Source of the DNA: a virus
Virus record (IMG/VR): IMGVR_UViG_3300030503_000465
Reading direction: 5' to 3' (one strand)
Length of the DNA: 53,436 bases
Part shown: positions 33,206 to 41,531 of the stretch, one piece after another
Position numbering within the stretch: the first letter of the stretch is position 1
Layout of the letters: each line of letters opens with the position of its first letter
The notes under the pieces: model-generated
The model's input: only the letters and a program-made list of their open reading frames with translations
The model's database searches: none
Told to the model about the DNA's origin: nothing
Position numbers and translations under genes: made by a program

Positions 33206-33624
33206 AAACACCTACACAAGAGCAGTTCCAAACTGTGATAGATAATTTGGAAAAGGCTAATACCGCAAAAGCATTGGTTAATATGGGAGAAACTGAAGTA
33301 AATTACTGCGGTTCTCCAATGTGTCACGGCGGGTGGTATGCTTTCTCGAAAGACTTAAGAGATATAGACGAGTTTAGCGATAACGATAGTTACATATCCT
33401 ATTTTATCGGTGCTGAAGAAATGGGAAAGGATTTAGGTTTTAAAGATCAATTTGAATTGATGCAATGGGCTTCATCTAATGATGAAATTTGGGGCAATAA
33501 AAGCGGCTCATATATGTTTAATGGAGAAACCGCTTTTTTAGACGGCATGACACCAATAACATCCCTATCCCAAATTATCGACCATTGGAAAGGCGTAAAG
33601 GAAAGGGCTTTGCAATATGCTTAA
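33202..33624 (+). CDS. Hypothetical protein with a CGSPMCHGGW motif.
   Basis: The motif is shared with the C-terminal domain of the Cys-repeat protein. Confidence 0.6.
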   Translation: MKTPTQEQFQTVIDNLEKANTAKALVNMGETEVNYCGSPMCHGGWYAFSKDLRDIDEFSDNDSYISYFIGAEEMGKDLGFKDQFELMQWASSNDEIWGNKSGSYMFNGETAFLDGMTPITSLSQIIDHWKGVKERALQYA

Positions 33625-33651
33625 GTTTTACACCACCTACGGCCATATAGT

Positions 33652-33936
33652 ATGCGGCGCAGGGTTGGTTATGGTGGTAGTTTTAGCATATATAACATGG
33701 AATTAGATTGCGCAAATACACCTGTAATGAAAGCACATTGTAAAACGTGCCCTTTCAAGATCGTTGACGGCAAACGGTTAGATGCCGAATTAGCCAGCGC
33801 GGTTACGGAACGTACCTTATTTAAGGCGCATCAGCTTTGTCACGGCACGAATAACAAAACCAGGTGTAAGGGTTCTTTTGATTTTAACTTCACCATTTAC
33901 GAACGTATGGGCGTTTCACATTTAGTAGCATTATGA
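33652..33936 (+). CDS. Hypothetical Cys/His-containing protein.
   Basis: CKTCPFK...CHG...C. The start is ambiguous (33652 or 33697). Confidence 0.5.
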   Translation: MRRRVGYGGSFSIYNMELDCANTPVMKAHCKTCPFKIVDGKRLDAELASAVTERTLFKAHQLCHGTNNKTRCKGSFDFNFTIYERMGVSHLVAL

Positions 33937-34148
33937 GTACCGTTAAACAAAAATTCAACATTGTATTTCAGCCCAAAGACCGCCGTTATACTAAACGCAA
34001 AAAGTTTATGATTTCAGCAAATAGGTTGTCAGATTACATCGGCGTTAGTAATGCCGCTAAGGTTACATTTCTTTTGCATAATTCGCTCGATCATAAATGG
34101 CAGATGAGGTTTCGCAAGTATGGTAAGTTGTGGATTTATGGAAAGTGA
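33933..34148 (+). CDS. Hypothetical basic protein, 71 aa.
   Basis: ORF with a 4-nt overlap. Confidence 0.55.
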   Translation: MSTVKQKFNIVFQPKDRRYTKRKKFMISANRLSDYIGVSNAAKVTFLLHNSLDHKWQMRFRKYGKLWIYGK

Positions 34149-34246
34149 TTTAAGGCTATTTTTAGCCCGTGTACGAGCCTGAAAAATTGAAATGATACAC
34201 AATACTAATAAATACAGAAGTTAATTTTACACCAACTATAACTAAC

Positions 34247-34277
34247 ATGGATGCAGGTTCGACCCCTGCCATCCGTT
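34247..34277 (+). other. tRNA-like T-arm minihelix. It is not a complete tRNA.
   Basis: A 5-bp GCAGG/CCTGC stem with the 7-nt loop TTCGACC, stacked on a GGAT/ATCC extension. Confidence 0.4.
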
Positions 34278-34285
34278 CACAACAC

Positions 34286-34311
34286 CCCCGCTTCACAAAT
34301 TGCGGGGTTTT
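34286..34311 (+). terminator. Intrinsic terminator.
   Basis: CCCCGC-TTCACAAATT-GCGGGG followed by TTTT. Confidence 0.7.
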
Positions 34312-34334
34312 AAAAAGAGAGGAAAAAGGAAATT

Positions 34335-34469
34335 ATGAAAAAGATAAAAATAACAGTCTATAAAGTAAACATGTATTGTTATCAATATCGCTATTGGAAC
34401 ACATTGGACGGTAGTTTTATTGGAATGTGCGAAACATTTTTTGATCTTAAAACTTGGTATTCAGCTTAA
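34335..34469 (+). CDS. Small Tyr/Cys-rich hypothetical protein, 44 aa.
   Basis: ATG ORF directly after the terminator. Confidence 0.3.
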   Translation: MKKIKITVYKVNMYCYQYRYWNTLDGSFIGMCETFFDLKTWYSA

Positions 34470-34488
34470 TAAATTTAGAATAATTAAA

Positions 34489-34707
34489 ATGAAAGAAGAT
34501 ATAGAATTATTGATATTAGCACAAGAGCGAAGCCAAGCACTTGAGCGGCAGTTAGTGGACTTAAATCATGCAATTGATGTTTATTGGAATGGTGGCAGAA
34601 CTATGCACGATGAAAAATATTTATGCTTTCAGCAAAAGAAAACTTTTGAGGTATTGAGTTGCAAAGAGTGTAAAAAATATCCTTGTAACTGTAACGAACC
34701 GTTTTAA
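34489..34707 (+). CDS. Hypothetical protein, 72 aa.
   Basis: ATG at 34489. C-terminal CKECKKYPCNC. Confidence 0.5.
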   Translation: MKEDIELLILAQERSQALERQLVDLNHAIDVYWNGGRTMHDEKYLCFQQKKTFEVLSCKECKKYPCNCNEPF

Positions 34708-34753
34708 CTAACCCCCTGCACTTTTGCGGGTAAAAAAGAGGAAAAGAAAGAGT

Positions 34754-35191
34754 ATGAACGATTACCAAAAACTAAAGGCGATAGCCGAACAAATCGTCGA
34801 ACAAAATGAGGCCACCTGTTTAATAAGTGGTTCGATTGCCTTAAAAATGAACGGAGTCAATATTCGTAGAGAACCCATAGATATTGACATTTATCTAAAA
34901 TATGGTGAAGTGTTCAATAAAATTGAAGGTATGAAAATACATCAGACAGAAACCGAAGAAGACTATGAGGCTGAATATTATGAACGGACTGGATATATAG
35001 TTGACGGCATAAAGGTTGATGTTTTTACCCCAATGGAAAAATCACATTGCATCTATGCTACGAGCAACGAGAACGATTTCACATTTGCTTCTCATGTTAT
35101 TATAGGATTAAAGGCGCACCATGCTTTAGGTGATAGTGGTAGCCGGTATAAGCACAAAGATGATATTATGCACATCCTGCTTACCAATTAA
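34754..35191 (+). CDS. Putative minimal nucleotidyltransferase-fold protein.
   Basis: GSIALKMNGVNIRREPIDIDIYL follows the pattern G-S...D-x-D. Confidence 0.35.
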   Translation: MNDYQKLKAIAEQIVEQNEATCLISGSIALKMNGVNIRREPIDIDIYLKYGEVFNKIEGMKIHQTETEEDYEAEYYERTGYIVDGIKVDVFTPMEKSHCIYATSNENDFTFASHVIIGLKAHHALGDSGSRYKHKDDIMHILLTN

Positions 35192-35194
35192 CCC

Positions 35195-35710
35195 ATGAAC
35201 AACCAAGCTAAAGCGAAGTTTCAAATGTTGTATTTGGGACAAAATGTATACAGGTATAATGAACACATTGACCACACCTATGAAGTCGTAGGGGGACACG
35301 CACATGCGGACTATATTAAAGATAGTTATTTACTTCTCCGCTCTGTGGAAGATTTGACGGATGATGAAGCTATTAAATTGGCAACCATTGTTATAGAGGA
35401 ACCATTTGACAGGTATCGCCGATTAACCGTTACAAGGGATAAAAGAGGCGAATACCATTACATTACGGTTTCTCATAAAAATGTAAGATACCGTTTTTGT
35501 ATTGATTGCTTTTTTGTAAATTTTGCTGTTTATGATATGGAAGATACCATTTCAGGCGAAATTGATATGAAGCCTTATGCCTGTATCGACTATCTCCGCT
35601 CCATCGGAATCTGTTTACCAATAACTTGTTTAGACGAGAACAATGTCCCGGTGACTTATGATCCGGTTGAGGAAAAATGGGCGGTGATTGAAAACACTAA
35701 AAATAAATAA
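35195..35710 (+). CDS. Hypothetical protein, 171 aa.
   Basis: ORF. Confidence 0.6.
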   Translation: MNNQAKAKFQMLYLGQNVYRYNEHIDHTYEVVGGHAHADYIKDSYLLLRSVEDLTDDEAIKLATIVIEEPFDRYRRLTVTRDKRGEYHYITVSHKNVRYRFCIDCFFVNFAVYDMEDTISGEIDMKPYACIDYLRSIGICLPITCLDENNVPVTYDPVEEKWAVIENTKNK

Positions 35711-35961
35711 TGATGAAAGTACACGAATTAAAAACCGTCCAACCGTTTTTCGATCAGGTTGCGGATGGCTCAAAGAAGTTTGAATTACGCAAAAATGACC
35801 GCGACTACAAATGGGGTGACATTCTTGTTTTAAGGGAATGGAGCAATGGCGCACAGGTTTATACAGGCTCAAACGTATGTGTTCGGGTAACTGGTGTTTT
35901 AGATCAGTTTGTCGGGCTACAACAAGGCTATTGCATTTTATCAATCAGCAAACCTATTTAG
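35710..35961 (+). CDS. DUF3850 (ASCH-like) domain protein.
   Basis: HELKTVQPFFDQVADGSKKFELRKNDRDYKWGDILVLRE matches the family signature. Confidence 0.8.
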   Translation: MMKVHELKTVQPFFDQVADGSKKFELRKNDRDYKWGDILVLREWSNGAQVYTGSNVCVRVTGVLDQFVGLQQGYCILSISKPI

Positions 35962-35998
35962 CCCCCTAAAAATTAACTTATAAAAGACGGAAAGAAAA

Positions 35999-36229
35999 AT
36001 GAAAAAATATCTAAACTCAATGGAGGATGAAATCAGCGAATTGGTTTCAGAAATGCAATTCGACGCGTGCGAAAGCACATCAAAACTTATCGCTGTTGTT
36101 ATTAATTCAAATGGACAAAAGTTTCAGGCGCATATCTTTGTCACAAAGGACGAAAATGACTTTATAGATAACGAAGATAAGGTGCTAAACTTTAAAATAT
36201 CCGATGGTGATTTAACTATAATTCAATAA
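35999..36229 (+). CDS. Hypothetical acidic protein, 76 aa.
   Basis: ORF. Confidence 0.55.
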   Translation: MKKYLNSMEDEISELVSEMQFDACESTSKLIAVVINSNGQKFQAHIFVTKDENDFIDNEDKVLNFKISDGDLTIIQ

Positions 36230-36234
36230 CCCCC

Positions 36235-36873
36235 ATGCAAACCTACAACTACATCGAAATAAATAAAGAGGCTTTTTTAAAAGCTGAAAATCCGTATAAT
36301 ATGTATACGGGCAACCTCAATCCCGACTGGAAAAAGTTCGAAGCCAACAATCCCCCAATTCCACTTATCAACCCCATACCAGGGAAACTGAAATATTTGG
36401 AAAATGAGGTGAGGGAAGTTTGGCAAATTGAAACAACAAAAGGATGGAGTAAAATAACCGATGAGGAATATGCGATATATAAGGACAGTAATGCTAAGGT
36501 TCGTAAAGCCCTCGAACCCATCCCCGTTAAAGAGGAAGCGAAAAGGGATGCACCAAAGAAAGTTTGCTACTGCGGCTCATTACGTGTAGCTGGCGAAGCC
36601 TTTAAAAAAGCTGAATACGAAGCTGTCATTAATGGTGTAATCGCATTGCTACCGTGCTGTATGTATGTGGATATACAGCGTGAGTTTGGGGCTGAAAGTG
36701 ATTATAAAATAAAGGCGGACGAATTACATAAACGCAAAATAGATATTTGCGACGAGGTGTTTGTACTGAATGTTAACGGTTATATTGGAGATAGCACACG
36801 ATCTGAAATTGACTACGCCAAATCCATCAATAAGCCAATCAATTACTTGGAGGCTTTAACCACTAACCCATAA
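36235..36873 (+). CDS. Hypothetical protein. The C-terminal half may have a nucleoside 2-deoxyribosyltransferase-like fold.
   Basis: CYCGSLRVAG...LHKRKIDICDEVFVLNVNGYIGDSTRSEIDYA. The pattern is recalled from memory, not verified. Confidence 0.25.
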   Translation: MQTYNYIEINKEAFLKAENPYNMYTGNLNPDWKKFEANNPPIPLINPIPGKLKYLENEVREVWQIETTKGWSKITDEEYAIYKDSNAKVRKALEPIPVKEEAKRDAPKKVCYCGSLRVAGEAFKKAEYEAVINGVIALLPCCMYVDIQREFGAESDYKIKADELHKRKIDICDEVFVLNVNGYIGDSTRSEIDYAKSINKPINYLEALTTNP

Positions 36874-36889
36874 ACTAAAATTTGAAAAT

Positions 36890-37084
36890 ATGATAAACGA
36901 CGAACAATTTAAAAAGTATATCGGTGAAATATCCGATAAATACGAGGAAATAAAGGACTACATTTTTGCGAATATTGATATAAGCCAAGATGGCGAACTC
37001 TTAAATAAGCTTGCTGAATTCAGGGATATAACCTGCACTGCACTCCGAGATAGTCATATTAATAAAAACTTTGGAAGTAACTAA
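36890..37084 (+). CDS. Hypothetical protein, 64 aa.
   Basis: ORF. Confidence 0.5.
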   Translation: MINDEQFKKYIGEISDKYEEIKDYIFANIDISQDGELLNKLAEFRDITCTALRDSHINKNFGSN

Positions 37085-37097
37085 CCCAACCCACACC

Positions 37098-37391
37098 ATG
37101 AATAACCAACTAACAAAAGAGCAATACAATGAGTTGCCAGAAGCGCAGAAAGCCCTGTACACCACAGCGCATAACGGATATGAGCACTTTTATGTCCCCG
37201 TTTTAATCCCCCTTGCTGATGTCGTCAGTAGGATAGAGGAAATTATAAAATCATTTAACAGCGGTGTAATAAAAGATGCTGATAAACAAATGTTCGGCTC
37301 TGAATACACTAAAGGTCAAAATACTGCTTATCGAATTGGGGCTAAAATTTTAACTGACCTACTCACCCAACTTAAAACGTTAGCAAAATGA
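37098..37391 (+). CDS. Hypothetical protein, 97 aa.
   Basis: ATG at 37098. Confidence 0.55.
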   Translation: MNNQLTKEQYNELPEAQKALYTTAHNGYEHFYVPVLIPLADVVSRIEEIIKSFNSGVIKDADKQMFGSEYTKGQNTAYRIGAKILTDLLTQLKTLAK

Positions 37392-37795
37392 AAATGGAAA
37401 ATAAACTTGAATTACACCACTTAGCACCGTATCTGCCGTATGGATTAAGAGTTATTAAAGGAAATGGATTTACGGAAATGTTATCAGCCTATAATGACGG
37501 TAAAGATTATATTTCCGTGTTGCAGGTTGTACGAGGGATGGGTAAACCATTATTAGTACCTGTTTCTGAATTAAATGCAAGCAATCAGGATTTTGTTGAT
37601 ATCTGCGAATGGTTATACGGACAAGAACGGGATAATTTTGATGGTATTTATGGAGTGTTTGGTTGGTTTGATATTAAAAAAGACGATTTATTAAATCTAC
37701 CCTATAAAGTTGTTAATAAGCTTTTTGAATACCACTTCGATGTATTCGGACTTATTGAAAAAAGTTTAGCCATTAATAAATTGGAAGCAAAATGA
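37388..37795 (+). CDS. Hypothetical protein, 135 aa.
   Basis: ORF with 4-nt overlaps. Confidence 0.6.
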   Translation: MKMENKLELHHLAPYLPYGLRVIKGNGFTEMLSAYNDGKDYISVLQVVRGMGKPLLVPVSELNASNQDFVDICEWLYGQERDNFDGIYGVFGWFDIKKDDLLNLPYKVVNKLFEYHFDVFGLIEKSLAINKLEAK

Positions 37796-38160
37796 ACCAA
37801 ACAGAGAACCAGGCGCAGCCGGTAAAGGCGGAAAAAATAAAAAATTTAGCCATGCAAAACGAAAAACAGGTGAAAAGCCCGGAAGCTATTATTAGCGAAA
37901 ACTTAGGGCACAAAAGTATGCGGTCGTATACTTACCATGATATGGTTGAGATGATGAAAATTTATCACGCCCAGTTCACCAATGTAGAACCAGTGCAGGA
38001 AAGTTTGGAAGAAATAGCACATAGTTTATTTGACCACAATAAAAGTCCTTATGAAAATTGCCTAATGGGGTTAGCCTACCAACGCTCAATAGAAAAGGAT
38101 GGGTGGATAGCAGTGGAAGATGAGTTGCCGAATGAAACGGGCCATTATTTAGTTAGGTAA
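37792..38160 (+). CDS. 5' part of an interrupted DUF551-like gene.
   Basis: It ends ...DGWIAVEDELPNETGHYLVR*, which is the first half of the DUF551 signature. Confidence 0.55.
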   Translation: MNQTENQAQPVKAEKIKNLAMQNEKQVKSPEAIISENLGHKSMRSYTYHDMVEMMKIYHAQFTNVEPVQESLEEIAHSLFDHNKSPYENCLMGLAYQRSIEKDGWIAVEDELPNETGHYLVR

Positions 38161-38314
38161 CTATATACAAGTTGGGACAAGCAAAAATAAACCTAATTTA
38201 TAACTGATAATCAATAATTTAACCTTATATTTACATATAAAAAGACATTTAAGAAGCTATCCCCCCTATGACGACACGGAGGCGGCGCCGCTGGCCGTGT
38301 AAGAGGGGGCTTAG
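38155..38314 (+). other. 160-nt intervening element inside the DUF551-like gene: an AT-rich part, then a GC-rich hairpin with the palindrome GCGGCGCCGC at its apex.
   Basis: Removing exactly these 160 nt fuses the two halves in frame. Hairpin 38254..38312; palindrome 38282..38291. Confidence 0.45.
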
Positions 38315-38467
38315 TACTTTTCAATATTGAATCGTTCGGTTATATCCCATCCTAAACGGGCGGAAATTGGCGAGTTTTATAAGAATTTTGAAGGTAAGTT
38401 ACAATTCAACCCTCATCAAATGGTAAGCTACTGGATGAAGTTAATCTCACCCCCTAAACAATTTTAA
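38315..38467 (+). CDS. 3' part of the interrupted DUF551-like gene. It has no start codon of its own.
   Basis: The open frame ends ...NPHQMVSYWMKLISPPKQF*, which resembles the DUF551 C-terminus (THWMPLPxPP). Confidence 0.45.
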   Translation, partial: YFSILNRSVISHPKRAEIGEFYKNFEGKLQFNPHQMVSYWMKLISPPKQF

Positions 38468-38469
38468 CC

Positions 38470-38637
38470 ATGACCTACACCCACTCCGAAATCATCCGCT
38501 ATTTCAGCCAGATAGACTGCGTACCGGACATTCAGCGCATAGCTGATTATCTTGCGGATAACCGCGAAAAGTACACCCTCGACGAACTTAATGAGTTTGG
38601 GGATTTATTGAAGGCTTATATTGAGGTATATGATTAA
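38470..38637 (+). CDS. Small hypothetical protein, 55 aa.
   Basis: ATG 2 nt after the previous stop. MTYTHSEIIRYFSQIDCVPDIQRIADYL... Confidence 0.45.
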   Translation: MTYTHSEIIRYFSQIDCVPDIQRIADYLADNREKYTLDELNEFGDLLKAYIEVYD

Positions 38638-39188
38638 GGCTTAATAACCATACTATAAGTATCAGCCGATGTACCATCTCCTTTATCCGGGCTTGTCAAC
38701 ACTATACTCGTTCCCGTATCTTGATACCCTACAGGTGTGTAATTATTCCCGCTTGCATCCCGAAACAATACGGTCGGATTAGTAATACCCGAATAGGCCA
38801 CTGTTAACGATACGGGGGTTGTGCCTGCGGTGATGGGGGTTATTAACCCCCCATCTATATCAGATAAGTTAGCGAGCGCAGTGTATGAGCCATTTATGCC
38901 CCTTATGTAAACATGCTTATCGGATGTATCGGTATTTAAAAATATAGTTCCTACGGTATCCTGTGATACTGGCCTGTTCTCCAATGAATAGTGAGGCAGT
39001 ATCATTGTCTTGAATTTCACATTCCAGTCAACAATGGTATTGGGGCCATTTGGTGTACGCACATAATCGGGTTTAACGACTTGTGAAGATGCCCTCATAG
39101 ATGTGCAAAGCAGTAGAAATACTACGCACGATGCCGAAATGTAACGAGCGCAACCCATCGGACTGCCTTTATGGAATTTCCGTATCAT
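38634..39188 (-). CDS. Beta-rich protein with a signal-peptide-like N-terminus, in the tail module.
   Basis: CARYISASCVVFLLLCTSMRASSQ. The start could be 39188 or 39158. Confidence 0.5.
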   Translation of the reverse strand: MIRKFHKGSPMGCARYISASCVVFLLLCTSMRASSQVVKPDYVRTPNGPNTIVDWNVKFKTMILPHYSLENRPVSQDTVGTIFLNTDTSDKHVYIRGINGSYTALANLSDIDGGLITPITAGTTPVSLTVAYSGITNPTVLFRDASGNNYTPVGYQDTGTSIVLTSPDKGDGTSADTYSMVIKP

Positions 39189-39786
39189 ATTTATTAGGAT
39201 AAATTATTAAATAATAACTGTCAATTAATTCAAATCCTGGTGAAATAATAGTGAAGCTACCAGCTACTGAATTGTAGTTTACATCTACACCCGGTGTTAC
39301 GCTAAAGAATTGAGCGTTTTGTTGTACATATATCACATAACCGGATTTACCAACCAAATAGGGATCGGTAAATGTTAAGCCCCCGTCACTCCATCTTGGG
39401 TCTGTATTATATACTAAGTAATAGTCATATTTACCTGTTCCAGTTTCGGGAACACCAGGAGAGGGTGAAATAATTTGATTTCCGGTAACGGGCAGCCCAT
39501 TGCTTTGTATGCCAAAAACAATATTTCCCAGATCACCGGCAGCGGTCGCATAATTCGTGTTGCTTAACGAGTTGGCCTGATTAGATTGCTGGTTAAACAC
39601 TAATGTATCATCCCATGTAAATTGCTGCCCGGCAAACGGGTAATTGTTGATACTGCCAAATCCGTTATCCTGTATGAGCTTAAACAACGCCGATTGCCCT
39701 GTCGATAGATTATCTATCGTACCATAGGTTATATTGCACACGTCGTAAATGTTCTGATTTGCAAGTGCCGTGTATGTCTGTATCAT
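39169..39786 (-). CDS. Hypothetical baseplate or tail protein, 205 aa.
   Basis: ORF in the baseplate operon. Confidence 0.5.
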   Translation of the reverse strand: MIQTYTALANQNIYDVCNITYGTIDNLSTGQSALFKLIQDNGFGSINNYPFAGQQFTWDDTLVFNQQSNQANSLSNTNYATAAGDLGNIVFGIQSNGLPVTGNQIISPSPGVPETGTGKYDYYLVYNTDPRWSDGGLTFTDPYLVGKSGYVIYVQQNAQFFSVTPGVDVNYNSVAGSFTIISPGFELIDSYYLIIYPNKYDTEIP

Positions 39787-40088
39787 TGCACGTTCGGGTT
39801 AAGCGTTAATTTACCATCGGGGTTTTGTGTTACGATAGGGCTTGCCTGGTAACCATCGGATTGTAACTGCTGTTTAGTGTTAGTAGCTAATTGCTGCATT
39901 TGCCCAGATGAGTTACTATACCCGGATATGCCTATACCATCGGCTGGGTTTTGTTTCCACCATCCGGGGAATGCAGCGCACGTATCCTGTATATGCTGCT
40001 CATCGGATGGCATAATATCAAAATCGCCAACATACGGATCGATGTACATGTCGTTTCCTATAAGTAATATATCGCTGTTAATAGCCAT
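39783..40088 (-). CDS. Small baseplate protein, matching gpW in size and position.
   Basis: 101 aa, directly after the gpV-like gene. The call rests on position only. Confidence 0.35.
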   Translation of the reverse strand: MAINSDILLIGNDMYIDPYVGDFDIMPSDEQHIQDTCAAFPGWWKQNPADGIGISGYSNSSGQMQQLATNTKQQLQSDGYQASPIVTQNPDGKLTLNPNVQ

Positions 40089-40578
40089 GTGTGATATTTT
40101 GATTTTCTAAGTCTGTAACAACCACATCTACTAATGGCGGTATAACCGGCGTAGGTGCCAAAGTGTTAACCTTTGTATTGAGTAAATTAAACGCATCTAT
40201 AATTAAGTTAAAAGCCGTTGCCAATGCCTGTGCTATGGGTATCCCCCCAAATTCCCCGCCGTTAAATTGTATGCCCAATAAAGCTACTAAAAATATTTTA
40301 TCTAATCCGCTATATTGTATAATGTATGGTAAATTTTGCGTAGATGAGATAATAAGAACGGTTGAGCCGACTGTTGGTATAAACATAACACCATCGTCAA
40401 CCTCTGTCATAAAATATGCAGTTATTTGCGTAGGGGCTGCGCCTTTGATCGGCGTACATAAAGCTGTGCGCGATAGCTGGTCAACCTCATTAACGGTCGC
40501 TGTTATCAGGTGAATACTATCCTGTAGGTGCGTACCCGCAAGTTTACGTACTGCTTCTTTTATACTATCGTCACTCAT
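40078..40578 (-). CDS. gpV-like baseplate spike or plug protein.
   Basis: MFIPTVGSTVLIISSTQNLPYIIQYSG resembles the OB-fold motif P-x-v-G-d-x-V-l-v...p-x-v-l-g. Confidence 0.45.
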   Translation of the reverse strand: MSDDSIKEAVRKLAGTHLQDSIHLITATVNEVDQLSRTALCTPIKGAAPTQITAYFMTEVDDGVMFIPTVGSTVLIISSTQNLPYIIQYSGLDKIFLVALLGIQFNGGEFGGIPIAQALATAFNLIIDAFNLLNTKVNTLAPTPVIPPLVDVVVTDLENQNITHGY

Positions 40579-40622
40579 TTATGTGTAAATATAAAAAATA
40601 AAATTAGCAAATACCAAAACAG

Positions 40623-40642
40623 GTGTGTATATTTGTGTGTAT
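40623..40642 (+). promoter_or_regulatory. -7 box TATATTTG (40628..40635), 5 nt before the ATG, embedded in two direct GTGTGTAT repeats (40623 and 40635).
   Basis: Read directly. Confidence 0.5.
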
Positions 40643-40775
40643 GAATGAGAAACCAAAGGTAAAGCGAAATAATTTTACATTATCAGCTGATGCGCAGAAG
40701 TTGATAGACAAAGTACCGCGTCAAAGCAAATCGTACATTGTATCACAGGCTATCATAACATTTTTAAGTAAATAA
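40641..40775 (+). CDS. Ribbon-helix-helix protein, 44 aa; first gene of the plus-strand island.
   Basis: KRNNFTLSADAQKLIDKVPRQSKSYIVSQAIITFLSK. Confidence 0.5.
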   Translation: MNEKPKVKRNNFTLSADAQKLIDKVPRQSKSYIVSQAIITFLSK

Positions 40776-40777
40776 TT

Positions 40778-41503
40778 ATGTGGCAACCAACCCTACTAAC
40801 ACCCGAACAGATACGACGTTGTGAAAATACGATCAGCCCGAATACATTTCACATGATTTGTGGGGATGCGATATTACGCCATAAACCATTATCCGTGGTA
40901 AGATTTGGCGAAGGCGAATTAAAAATTATCAAATGTCTCGAGCAAGGGATTTCGGTACAGGATCATTTTCCAGACGATTGGCGCGTTGACTGGAAAGATA
41001 GGGTCGGCATAAAAGATATACCCGATGGGGAGCTAAAAAGCAGGTTATACAAGGCCCTTAACAATTGCGATTATTTTTCTCCGTTTATTTCGGGAATTAC
41101 GGATGAAAATTTCGACCTTTATTACTTGCGGCAGGAGCAAAGATACTTAGATAATTTCTTTATTAATTTTTGGAACGAAAAGCAAAAAGTAGAGTTATAT
41201 AAGGCGGCGGGGCATGTGTTATTATTGCACCGAAACCCCGACACGGCAAATGCTTTTATAAGAAGGGCGCATCAATTTTTGGGGGTTAAGGTTACTTACT
41301 TCCATCTTTCTAACTGGACGCATTCGGATGACGTTATCAGGCAATGTAACGGCATTGATGCCCCCTTAGTACTATTTAGCGGTGGCCCCGCATCAAAGTA
41401 TATCAGTCCCGAAATAGCCAAGTCGGGTAAGGTCGTTTTAGATGTTGGCAATAGCGTGGATGAGTTTATCCTTTGGGAAACAGAACAAAATAGTAAGAAA
41501 TAA
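40778..41503 (+). CDS. Putative GT-D fold (DUF1792-like) glycosyltransferase.
   Basis: VVRFGEGELKII resembles the RFGDGE motif. The size, 241 aa, fits. Confidence 0.4.
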   Translation: MWQPTLLTPEQIRRCENTISPNTFHMICGDAILRHKPLSVVRFGEGELKIIKCLEQGISVQDHFPDDWRVDWKDRVGIKDIPDGELKSRLYKALNNCDYFSPFISGITDENFDLYYLRQEQRYLDNFFINFWNEKQKVELYKAAGHVLLLHRNPDTANAFIRRAHQFLGVKVTYFHLSNWTHSDDVIRQCNGIDAPLVLFSGGPASKYISPEIAKSGKVVLDVGNSVDEFILWETEQNSKK

Positions 41504-41531
41504 TTAACTTTATAGCATCAATAAAAACATT

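Noticed and set aside
34247-34277. An attP site with an associated integrase (temperate lifestyle).
   Set aside because: I could not recognise a tyrosine or serine recombinase, or a CI-like repressor, anywhere in the genome.
34200-34280. A complete tRNA gene ending at about 34277.
   Set aside because: Only a T-arm-like hairpin is present. The required 5' acceptor strand (ACGGATG), D-arm and anticodon arm are absent from the ~75 nt upstream.
35630-35944. Minus-strand ORF, 104 aa.
   Set aside because: It is antisense to the confidently identified DUF3850 gene and to the end of the preceding gene.
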